DNA of 64,000 nucleotides, taken from assembly GCF_009914755.1 (NCBI RefSeq), contig NC_060926.1; one strand, given 5' to 3'. Source of the DNA: the human T2T-CHM13v2.0 reference genome, Homo sapiens. Below, piece by piece: positions 53,341 to 64,000 of the stretch. The position numbers and the translations under genes are program-made. Numbering within the stretch: position 1 is the first letter of the stretch; the number at the start of each line of letters is the position of its first letter. The notes beneath the pieces are model-generated. The model had not been told where the DNA came from, searched no databases, and worked only from the letters and a program-made list of their open reading frames with translations.

Positions 53341-54176
53341 TGTTATATATAAAGTTTCGGTGCCACAAAAGAAATACCACTCGAATATTAAGATTTTCTT
53401 TTTAATTCTCAGCAAGGCAAGGTACTTCTAATTATTGTTGTTGACTAACTAAAATTGGTAATGGCTATCTAAATTTACTGTCCCCATTGTACTCTTTGAG
53501 ACGGAGTCTCACTCTGTCACCCAGGCTGGAGTGCAGTGACTGATCTCGGCTCACTGCAAGCTCTGCCTCCCAGGTTCACACCATTCTCCTGCCTCAGCCT
53601 CCCAAGTAGCTGGGACTACAGGTGCCTGCCACCACGCCCGGCTAATTTTTTTTATTTTTAGTAGAGGCGGGGTTTCACTGTGTTAGCCAGGATGGTCTCA
53701 ATCTCCTGACCTCATGATCCGCCTGCCTTGGCCTCCCAAAGTGCTGGGATTACAGGTGTGAGCCATTGCACCCAGCCCCAAGGCAAGATACTTCTATGTA
53801 GAAGGGTGCGCCCTTACAGATGGAGCAATGGTGGGCACACACTTGGACAAGGGAGGAGAAAGGGTTCTTATCCCTGACGCACGTGGCCCCTGCGGCTGTG
53901 TCATTCCCCTATTGGCCAGGGTTAGACCGCACAGGCTAAACTAATTCCAACTGGCAAATTTAAAGAGAGTGACGGGGTGAGTGCTTTGGCGGGAGTCCGG
54001 GCAGAGCAGGTAGCAGGTAATTGGAATGAGTTAGGGTGGAGCAGGTGATCAGAATGAGTCAGGGTGGAGCAGGTAATTGAAAAAGGTTGCTTTAGGAGGA
54101 AGTTTGAAAGTAGAAGCCAAATAATTGAACATACTGACATATCCTTTGAAAATAAATGTAGAACTCTTATCTAACA
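53341..54176 (-). mobile_element. LTR10 (HERV-I) solo LTR, interrupted by AluY
   Basis: Minus strand starts tgttagataagagttcta, ends tatatataaca; internal 28-bp repeat with TGAGTCA; gtac/gtcc 4-bp TSD-like flanks at 48098-48101 and 54177-54180. Confidence 0.85.
53431..53778 (-). mobile_element. AluY (53495-53777) plus 64 bp non-Alu 3' sequence inside one TSD
   Basis: Y-type positions; TSD caaggcaag(g/a)tacttcta 53413-53430 / 53779-53796. Confidence 0.88.
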
Positions 54177-55277
54177 GTCCCATACAAGGGAAGGCTTGTT
54201 ATCTTTCGACTTTTTCATAATAGCCAACCTAACAGGTGTGAGGTGACATCTCATTGTGGTTTTGATTTGCATTTCCTTGATGATTAGTGACGTTGAGCAC
54301 CTTTTTATATACCTGTTGACCATCTGTACATTTCTAGGGAGGCAGGAAGGAGGCTTTGGAAAAATCTCTGTTCAGGCTCTGTCCTCATTTTTAAATTGGG
54401 TTACTCACTTTTTTGCTATTGAGGTGAATGAGTTCCTTATATATTTTGGATATTAACCTTTTATTTGATACATGGTTTGGAAATATTTTCTCCCTTTCTG
54501 TAGGTTGCCTTTTTGTTCGCTGTGCAGAAGCTTTTTAGTTTGATATAGTCCCACTTGTTTATATCAGATCTTAATGTGACTGTGGTCAGTTCTACCCTTA
54601 ATGGTTGGGTGGGCTACACTAGTAGACCCAAGTGGACTGAGGTTTAAATGCAGTAGCAGTTAAGTTTTGCTTATGTCCTGGCACTGTCCCAGTGGGTCAG
54701 CAGGCTGTCCCTCTCGGTGCGGTCTTTCGGATCCTATCTCATGGGCCTGTGTCATCTTCAGCACCTGGCTTCCGAGGTTGCACTGGGAACTCATTCCTAT
54801 CAACCTGAAAAGGGAAGAGATCGTGGATGAGTTCTTCCTGGGAGTCAGGTGTATGTGGGCCGGGCTGGAGGCGGCATGTCATTTCCTCTGATGTTCCCTG
54901 GGCTAGGACCCAGTTCCATGTCTGTTCCTAACTGTAGGGTGAAGGAGCATGGGGAAAAGTATTCCATGGCTGGTCTGCCTACAATGGCAGGAGAGCATTT
55001 TGTGGACAGCTGGTCATCTCTGCTGTACATACCACAAAAAGATTAGTTATTTGTGGAGTTCAAAGATACAGACAGCCTTGTCTGAGAGTTGGCAGGAACC
55101 AGACAGAGTGAGAGAGAGAGAGAGGTAAAGCAAGAGGGCCGGCTGGAAACCTGCCTGAAACGGGAGTCTTAGCTCCAGCAGGAGGGCTGAGTGTGGGGCA
55201 GAGTCAGCGGGGGTCCTCGCTGCACCTGTAAGCCCCGCATCCCTGCACCACACTTAGTCCTTCTCTTCTGTCACTAG

Positions 55278-55442
55278 GTTTTAGGAACCAGACAGCAGAG
55301 ACCCCGTTCCTGGGCTGCTGGGGACAGCCAACAGCACAGGGGTCCCCAGCCTGTGGGAAAAAGAGTGATGACAGCTGAGGTGCTGGGGCAGCACCTGGCC
55401 TCCCTGCAGAAGGTGGCCAGGCAGGGCCACCCTTGGTACTGA
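55278..55442 (+). CDS. FAM228A: Candidate distal terminal coding exon of a long FAM228A isoform (VLGTRQQRPRSW...VMTAEVLGQHLASLQKVARQGHPWY*)
   Basis: ttctcttctgtcactag| acceptor; 54 open codons in phase 0; AATAAA 55521-55526; 26/36 nt identity to start of FAM228B terminal exon. Confidence 0.65.
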   Translation, partial: VLGTRQQRPRSWAAGDSQQHRGPQPVGKRVMTAEVLGQHLASLQKVARQGHPWY

Positions 55443-55955
55443 AGCTTCGTGGACTTGACTTGGCAGTGTCTGTACAGCAGTTAAAATACTCTAAACATAT
55501 TTTCTTCCTCCAGAAGTGGAAATAAATTGCAAGAAATACCCAAATCACAGGAGTTCTTATTTATTGAGCTCCTGTTGTGAACCAGGAACCCTGTGAGGTA
55601 CTTTGTTCACTGAAAAGTTTTCGCAGTAAGATAGTATTATCCTCTCCCAACACACAATGCTCTGAGGCTTGGTGAGCTGCTCAGAGGTGGCAGTCCCCTA
55701 GCTCAGAGGTGGCAGTGTTCTCTCAGGCCAGTCCCTCAGGTGCCACACAACACATTTATCCCCTCCTCACATGCACTCAGACTTGGTCATCAAATTGCTC
55801 ACAATTTGGGTTGCCTTTTAAGAGAGCGGAGTGCCCCTCCCCGGCCATGGCACCTGTTCCTGAAGAGCACTGGAGGGACCTGCTGAGGGGGGTTCTCAGC
55901 AGAGGGGAGATGTCTGGGCGCATGAGGCACATATGCCAGGTCCTGCTGGGGTGGA

Positions 55956-56091
55956 GGTACATAGACTCAGGCGGTACAGAGACTCAGGCGGTACAGACTC
56001 GGGGGTATGGAGTCTTGGGGTACGGAGACTCAGGTATGGAGACTCGGGGTATGGAGACTCGGGATAGAGACTCGGGGTATGGAGACTCAGG
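55956..56091. repeat. Degenerate minisatellite, ~15-18 bp unit (gagactcggggtatg)
   Basis: About 9 imperfect copies of (g)agactc(a/g)gg..gta. Confidence 0.85.
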
Positions 56092-56839
56092 CACACCCCA
56101 CATCCTCCCAAAAGTCAGGCTTACATTTGATTTCTAAAGGGGCAGGTGTGCGTTCCTAGGCGTAAGGGGACAGCTGGAGTGGCCGGGTGCGCCGATGCTC
56201 CGTGTGGTCCGTGGTTTCATAGAGGTTGTCTGACTCTGGTCCTGATGCTCCTCTGCCCTAAATCTGACCAAAAAGTCCTGTCGTATCTAGCAGTGGAGAA
56301 ATGGCACTCGCCACAGTGAGGATTACGGTCCCCGCAGCCCTGGGAACACAGGACGGTTCCGTAGCTCTCGTTCCCAGTAAGCCTAGAGCTGGTTTTGAGT
56401 CATCAGGGCAGCCTTGCTGCTGACATCAGCCAGGCTGGCCTTGTGACCAACAAGCCCCAACCCTAGAGACAGCCAGCAGTTCACTCTGCTCCGTGAGACT
56501 GGGCCTGACTACCCACTTTCCCACAAGCAAGCAATATGTTCAGTTGTTTAGGTTTCATATATCCAGTGACATCTCTTACCTTTTTTATGTCTATATTTTA
56601 ACCAATCAGTGCCCAGGATCTATACCTGAGTGAGTGATGGATTTTTAAATCTGAATGTGCCGGTTCTGTTTCCCAGTCCTTTGCCCAGCAATTATGTTTA
56701 AACAGAAGCGGGGGCTAGGGTGGAGGCCCAAGCCCTTGGGACATTTGAATCCTTCCTTGTTCCTCTAGTTGCCTGGAGACCTGCTCCCTTAGAAATCAGG
56801 GCCCTAGCAATTCAAATGATTCCTTCAAAAGGACTTATC

Positions 56840-57143
<304 letters not shown>

Positions 57144-57564
57144 GGGGGGGGGGGGCAGATCTTTTCCCAGTTTTTACTGGGTTTAGTGTGTAAGACCTGT
57201 GTGCATTTCTTTGCTGTAAGTTACCCTCAGGTTATCACTCGATGAGGCAAGCTGAAGGAGGGTCAGTAGCTCCCACAGAGATCATCCATTTCACCCATTA
57301 AAGAAACCCAGCCCCAGAAACACGAGGTAGATTCACCAAAGTCACAGAGCAAATTAGTGGCAGAGTCAAGATGAGGCCCTGGGTCTCCTGACCTCATCCT
57401 CACTCTGTCCTTGGTTTTCCCACGTACCAGGAAGGAAACTTGGTTTCATTATAGGCAACTTGTGAAGGTACCTTTTAAGAGCCTTTCATCTGGCTGAGAA
57501 AATTAAAAAGAAAAAAAGCAGCTTTCATATAGAAAGTAAATCAGTCAGACTTTGACGAAGTTCC

Positions 57565-58322
57565 ATCCATAAACATATGTCTTTATTCTCTTTCTGTACA
57601 TATGGGCAATGATAAAGCTTAAAGATGCATGTCCTAAGAAATATGCAAAAACAATGAATTTACATAAATAATTTATACTTCAGAAAATTAAAGTTGAAAA
57701 ATATTTTCCACATTATTAGAGTTCACAGTATTTAAATCAAGCTTTCCCACTTATACTCCAGACTATATTGTCTTAGCAGAGAGTGATAAAATCTAATCAG
57801 GAATAAAATGATCAAGTTTCTGTTTTTATTCAGTGCACGAGTAGACGCTATTTCAGTATCAGGCCGCGCCAAGTGTCGAGGCTGCAGCCTCTCATCCTGA
57901 CCCTTCCCCTCCTGAGTGGCTGTGACCCAGCAGAGGTCACTGGCGTGGAATGGTTACAGCGTCACCAAACCACTCCACGGTGGACACATTCAACCGAGCG
58001 GTAACATCTGGTGGTCTGATGCCTCATTTCCAAGTAATACTTTTTATAGCCCTGAAAATGGAAACCTTGGCATCTAAACAAACAGAGCTGAACATGTGAA
58101 CACTAGGACAAGGCACTGTACTATGGGGTTTGGTTTCTTTATGGGAAAGGTGTTTGCATAGATTGCTAGCTATTTAGTGTGCAGGAAAACAGAGCCCCCA
58201 GCGTGCATGGCTTTGTGAGGGGTGAAGCTGCATGGTGCTCCCTCAGCCCCAAGAGAGCGCAGTCTCTCATTCTCCAGCCCCAGCCTTGTGGGCTGTCCCG
58301 CTGGTGCTGTCCTTTAGAACCC
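57565..58322 (-). other. ITSN2: ITSN2 3'UTR; minus-strand AATAAA at 57582-57587 and 57825-57830
   Basis: Follows the stop codon; tttatt on plus strand; end approximate. Confidence 0.75.
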
Positions 58323-58480
58323 CTACAGGAGAGTTTTTTGCTCAAAAAGCTGCAGGTCAAAACGGACCCAGACCTCCCCGGTGGGGACCTCATGCAGCAG
58401 CAGTCGGCGGGTCATAGGGCCTTTGCTTTCCTGTTCTGTTCGAATTTTTGCCACTGGAATTTCAGTACGACCCAGGAAAT
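58323..58480 (-). CDS. ITSN2: ITSN2 last coding exon ([52 protein letters not shown])
   Basis: cag|AT..CTG TAG; C2-domain tail of intersectin-2 long isoform. Confidence 0.96.
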
Positions 58481-58941
58481 CTGGTGAATAAACACAGGAG
58501 AGTCAGAAGTCTTTCTTCTTTATAAAATCATTAAAGAGCTACATCCGGAAGAAGTGGATTCATAAAACCTTCAAATCTGAAACAAGGAACTTCTTTTGGC
58601 TCATGGCTGTTGAATGTCGTGAGTGGGTGTGTGGGGAATGATGGCAGGTTTGTGTGTGAGAAGCTGCCACATGGAATTCAAATCTCCATTCTGAGAATGC
58701 TCCAGGAGTGGTGTTCACGTCGTGTGTGTAGGGAGTGATGGGTCAAAGACCTGAAACACATCTCAGGCCACCTCCTCCCCTGAGGAAGGCCACCCACCTG
58801 CTGCCAAAGCGAGATGACACAGGCCTGTGTCACTTCCCTGAAGTGGCATGGGGTCTGCACACAGCTGAAGCCCCTAGATCTGGACTCCAGGATCTAGGAA
58901 ACTGGGAAAGCCTTTAGATCCCCTGGCTGAGCGACACTTAC

Positions 58942-59115
58942 CATCTGGTGAAAACTGGTCTCTGTCAAACAGGGTGAGACACAGCACGTCTTGGTAGAGA
59001 TCCTTAATAAAGAACTGGCAGTTAAAATTCCACTTGGGATTGAGTGTGTCCTGGATGGTCCTGGTGGTGTAGCTCTGGGAGCCCATGCTGATTTCACAGT
59101 ATGGGTTGCTCTTTC
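58942..59115 (-). CDS. ITSN2: ITSN2 C2-domain exon ([18 protein letters not shown]...DRDQFSPD)
   Basis: ttcag|GA..GATG|gtaagt; 174 nt. Confidence 0.96.
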
Positions 59116-59547
59116 CTGAACAAAAACAAACCACAGACACATGTGGTGCATGCAGGTAAAACGAAGCGACTGACAGTGCCCTCCCTGAGCAGAAGCAGGA
59201 TTCCAATAATGGGTCACTCGAGACCATGGCAGCAGGAGCCGCTGCCTGGGGCACCATATCCCTGTGGTCTAGTAACAGGGTCTCCAAGTTCCCAGTGCTG
59301 ACAGCAGCATTAACTGGGGAGTGGCCGAGAGCTCCACCGCCAGGACCACTCCGCACGGAACAATCCTGGGTGAGTGTCACTGCAACCTGCTGCATGCTTC
59401 CTCGGCGCAGACACACTCGGGAAGGCGGGCACTGGCACTTACTGGGAAAACAGTGATAAGAATATTGGTCCAATATGCGCATTTTAGTGGCACTGGACAC
59501 ACTGTTAGAAAGCATTCCTTTATTCAGTGTTCAGAAGAGTCATCAGT

Positions 59548-59848
59548 GGCTGGGCGCAGTGGCACTTTGTCAGTGACAAAGTGCTGTAATCCCAGCACTT
59601 TGGGAGGCCGAGGCGGGCAGATCACTTGAGGTCAGGAGTTCGAGACCAGCCTGGCCAACATGGTGAAACCCTGTGTCTACTAAAAATACAAGAATTTGCC
59701 AGGCGTGGTGGTGCACACCTGTAATCCCAGCTACTCAGGAGGCTAAGCCTTGAGAATCACTTGTACCCCAGAGGCAGAGGTTGCAGTGAGCCAAGATCGT
59801 GCCACTGCACTCCAGCCTAGGTTATACACTGAGACTCTGTCTCAAAAA
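59548..59848 (+). mobile_element. AluS with a palindromic insertion near its 5' end
   Basis: Sense Alu; TSD aa(g/a)agtcatcag. Confidence 0.9.
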
Positions 59849-59910
59849 GTCATCAGCAAAAACTGGGGCAGGGCAGTTATGTCTGCTGAATGAATCAAGG
59901 CAGTATTTAC

Positions 59911-59994
59911 CATTTGGTTTGCAGGCTTTTAATTCTGTAGCTTCAATGACATGCACCATCAGGCGCCCAATGCCTGAAGTCTTTTGGGAGCGGG
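59911..59994 (-). CDS. ITSN2: ITSN2 exon ([28 protein letters not shown])
   Basis: ttgtag|CC..AATG|gtaaat; 84 nt. Confidence 0.96.
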
Positions 59995-62933
59995 CTACAA
60001 AAGAGGAAGACAAGTCTCATTAATCTCTTCTCCAAGGATGCAGACCCTGTCTTTCAAACCAACCATAACACTACCGGCTCCCTGTCCCCATCTGCCACTG
60101 CCCTGGGCCCAACAGCCCAGCATCTGGCTGCCCTGTGCCTTTCCCCAGGCTGTGTTGCCTGCTAGGAAGCCCCTGCTTGCTCTTTCTGCCCTGCCTGCTT
60201 TCTCTGCCCGTCAGCATCCTACTCATCCTTCAAGATGCAGGTCTGATCCCACATCTACCTCCCAGATCCCTTCCCTCCTCTGCATCCAGTATCCCTCGCT
60301 TATGAGCAGCCCACAGCCTGCTGGGTCTGAAATCGTGTGTAATGTCTGTCTCCTCTGCCAGACAGGAGCCAGGGTAGAGCATGGACTGTTTCGATCATCC
60401 TTATATTAACCCCTCAATTGCCTAGCAAATAGTAATATTAATAAAATAATACATGGTATTTGTGCAGCACTTAATAGCAGCTAACATTTACTGGATACTT
60501 ACTTTGTGTTAGGCATGTGCTAGACTTATGTAAATTATATTATTTAAACTGCATAATTACCTGATAATGTAGCTCCCCATTTTACTGATGAGAAACACTG
60601 AGGCTTAGAAAGGACTGGAGTGTGATCCACTCAGAGCTGCTAAATGGCAGGGTCAACATTTAAACATCAGATACCAAAGTCCAGGCTCAGTTAAGCCTAG
60701 CACAGAGCCTGGCACAAAGTAATTGACAAATGTGGGAAGGACTGAACGCACGGACGATGCACAGCAACATATGCAGATGCTGATGGGAAGCAAAACTCAG
60801 GCAGAAAAACCGGATTGACATCTTTGGCCAATTAAGAGATCATATGCGTTATGAAATGATCAATCATTGATTTTTCAACAGCAAGCTTTTAAAGTACCAT
60901 TAAAATAACACTAAATTAGCAAAAGCTGTTTTAAACATACCTTTTAGGAGTATATAACAAAATGGGGGAAACCTGAATAAAAAAACACATAAAGAGCTGC
61001 AACTATAGCAGCCAGGAAGCTGGTGGGAGGCCCAGGCAGGAGGGCAGGCTGCATGGGGGGGCCCGGCGGGAAGGAAGGTGGAGATGCAGGGGGCCGGCGG
61101 GGAGGAAGGTGGAGATGCAGCTGGCTCAGAGCACAGGCCCCCTGTGGGGTGGAGGCCACAGGCTGGCCTGGCACAGCTGGAGATGCAGCAGGGAGGTTGG
61201 GGCCTGGCATTCATGTGGAGGCTGGAGAAGAATGTGGGAGCTCTGGTCTGAAGGCCACGGTGGGGCAGGGTGGGGTGGGGGGTGCTTTACAAAGACCATT
61301 GCGGCTCCACTGAGCAGGTGAGTGATCTGTGCCATGAACAGAGAGGACATCACCGGTGCAACAAATCTGGAGCCCCACTGGCATAAGTCACATGCTGGCC
61401 CCGATGTGGGAGGGAGTTGCCTTGAGGGAGCTTATGGCCATTAAGTGAGAAAAGCAGGGACTGAGAGGGCGCAAGCAGAGGCAACAGAGGATGAGCGCCC
61501 GGAGGATGATCGCAGCCTCAGGACAGCGGGGGCTCCAGGTAGAAGTCACACTGGTTAGGGCAAGAGGGTGTCATGGAGGAGGCTGTGTTTGACGTGGGCC
61601 TTGAAGGATGGGAAGAATTTAAGGTGAGGGCAGAGCACTTGAGCTGGAGGGGGAGCTCACATGGGAAGGCCAGGCAGGGCAACAATGGGCTGCTCAACTA
61701 GGCAGCTGGATGGGCCGGGCACAGGAAAGAGCTAGGGATGGGGCTGGGTGGCAGGCAATAGTGGGGATGGGCCCTGAGTGTGGGGTAAGAAATGTGTCCT
61801 TAATTTGGGAGGCAATAGGGAAGATACTTCAGCAGGAAGAGGTATAAGAGCAGCTCTGGAAAAAAGAATACTCCAGAAATGAAGAGGATGGGTGGCAGAG
61901 AGGAAAGAGAGCCTTGTGCTGCAGCCTGGGTGGGAGATCGGGGGCCTGTGATACGGGGACAGGAAAGGGCGATGGGAAAGTGGCGAGGGAGGAGGACTGC
62001 AGTGCAGCTGACCAGGTGTGAGGTGCCAGGGAGGGGCCTGGGTGGCCAGGGACCACACTACTGTCCACAGAGGGTCCCAGGAGGAGCTGCTGCTGGAAGG
62101 AGGCTGGTGGTCCCTTGGGAAAAGCCGATGTGTGATGTGGGAGCAGCGGGGCAGGTGGTTCTCTGGAGGGTGCTGTTCAGAGGCGCGGGCTTGGGAGAGT
62201 GTGGCTAGCCTGACCCTGAAGCTGGGGGTCGGTGGGGTCCCCGAGGGAGAGCGCTACAGAGGTCGGGGAGAGGCCTGGGCAAGGGTGGAAGAAGAACTGG
62301 GAAGGCGGCCATGGGGTCCAGAGGGAAGGCAGCGCCTCAGTGACTGCCATCAGTGCAGGGAGCTGGGGCAGGGAAAGTGAGCTGAGCCACTAACTAGGCC
62401 ACTGGTGTCACTGGTGGGGACAGGACGTGGACTGAAGTCTGGTGAAGTGAGAAGGGGGAGGAGGCAGGGGCAGAAGGATGGGGAGAGGGCAGACTTAGGG
62501 TCTAGGCCCCCTGGCTGCAAAGGGAGAGGGTGGATGGCAGGCCCTAGAGGAGGGTGAGGAGGAGCAGTGGCTGCTCAGGAGCTGAAGGGAGACAGACCAC
62601 AGGTGTGGCATGTAATGGAGCACCACAGCCCAAGCAGAGGTGAGGTGAGTCATGGAGAGAAAGGAGTGGAGAAGGTGCAGTGGAGTGGGGGGGATAGAGG
62701 TGGTGCAGAGAGGGAGGTCCCGGAGCTGGCACTGCCAGCCCGTGTCTGTGTGGGCAGGAGCCCCAGGGAGGTTTGCAGTAGTAGCTTCAAGAGGGGAGGG
62801 CTCTCTGGTCTGATCCCGCAGCAGGTCTGGTCTTTCAGACCCGTCCCTATATCATCAGCCTGACTGCAGGAGCAGTGGCCGGCATTCCTAGGGCCCCTGG
62901 GGGCTGCGTCCCACCCTCCGGGCACCCTGATAC

Positions 62934-63016
62934 CTTGGTAAGCTTTCTCACGCTTCTTCTTCTCGGTGTCGATGTACTGCTCAGACGCCGCCTTGATCTT
63001 CTGCACCCAGGCGGTC
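62934..63016 (-). CDS. ITSN2: ITSN2 exon ([27 protein letters not shown]), end of PH domain
   Basis: ccgtag|G..CAAG|gtatca; 83 nt. Confidence 0.96.
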
Positions 63017-63796
63017 CTACGGGAGAAGCAGGGGCAGCCGTTGGCCGCATCCCACCCTCACAGGTCAGCGTGGAGCCCCAGAGCTCTGCACATGTTCTTC
63101 AGTCTTTTGCTAACCTCAACTTTCACAAGTTTCCTATCAAAGACCTGATATTAGTCAACTGAAAGATGCTTATGCTAATGGAGTATGAGAGCTGGTAGTG
63201 ACCCTTCTTGGCTGACCACAAAATGCCAGGCACTCGCAAGGCGCTGGGACCTGGAGACAGATGATGCATTGGCCCCACGGATGATACCTGGCACGAGGGG
63301 TTCTAGCGCACACAGAGGAGCAGCAGCACCCCCCGGGTTGGCGCCGCGGAGGCACTGTTGGAGCTGCAGCCTGAAGGAAGCTGGGAACAGCGGGGATGGC
63401 ACCCACACAAGGGCGCCTGAGGGGCGAAAGTCTGCAGGTGGAGGGACGAGGGCTGAGGCCTGTGGCCCAAGGAGGCCTCGGAAACCAGCAAAGCACAGTG
63501 GGCTGTCGCCTGCGGGCAGCCCCTGCAGGGACTGTAGCAGGGCCTCAGGTGCTGATCTGCCATTTGGGAAGGCTGCTGAGTGGTGTGGGGAGAGACTAGA
63601 AGCCGGGAAGCATGTTAGGAGGCAGCTGCAGTGACCAAGGCCTACCATGGGACTGGAGCAGAGGGGATGTGTTAAGAGAGGTTCAGGATACAGAATTAGT
63701 GGGGCTTAAGCACGGCTGGAGATGGGTTTATGGCAGAGGGAGACGTCCAGGCCTTCTCCCAGAGTTCAAGGCAGGCCACACATGGTCAGGACTGAC

Positions 63797-63918
63797 CTCT
63801 CATTAATGTTGTCTGTTCGGAGGGTGTAGACCCGATCAATGTGGGAAATGTGGAAGACAGGCTCATCGCTGGAAGGGTCTGTGGGCAGTTTCACCAAGAC
63901 TTCATTCAGGAAAATGGG
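63797..63918 (-). CDS. ITSN2: ITSN2 PH-domain exon ([41 protein letters not shown])
   Basis: tttcag|CCC..GAGAG|gtcagt; 122 nt. Confidence 0.96.
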
Positions 63919-64000
63919 CTGAAAGAATTAGGGCCAAAACACAGGCTGTGAGATGGGCTAGAACACTCCACCCGCCTATGTCCAGAGAGAGTTCTGTTTG

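Noticed and set aside
55679-55716. Duplicated gctcagaggtggcagt as CTCF sites
   Set aside because: Only the 3' half of the core matches; too weak to call
60900-61353. Pro-rich ORFs and a donor-like site in an ITSN2 intron
   Set aside because: G-rich short duplication explains the ORFs; flanking ITSN2 exons join in frame without it

Overview
Primate (almost certainly human, chr2p23.3-type locus) genomic DNA, rich in repeats. It holds the 3' coding exons of FAM228B (+, 1447-24345), all of its tandem paralog FAM228A (+, CpG-island promoter ~29.4-30.5 kb, canonical CDS 30177-45325, 206 aa), and the last five coding exons plus 3'UTR of ITSN2 (-, PH/C2 tail). Most ORF-track entries are Alu/L1 artefacts. 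I found no prokaryote-style novel system. The most interesting signal is reciprocal decay of the two FAM228 paralogs. In FAM228A an AluS sits inside a 27-codon exon, an intact 63-codon exon lies beside it, and an open alternative C-terminus (donor 45247, micro-exon 46106-46129, exon 55278-55442, AATAAA) lies beyond a nested TE pile. In FAM228B the homologous terminal exon has become non-coding. Other points: an MSANTD5-like retrocopy with TSDs, a triple CTCF array, an LTR10 placed directly upstream of a promoter-less L1, an AluY with a candidate 3' transduction, a templated Alu-into-Alu insertion, and a retroposed 5' tRNA-Glu fragment. Gene and repeat names come from recalled sequences, not database searches.
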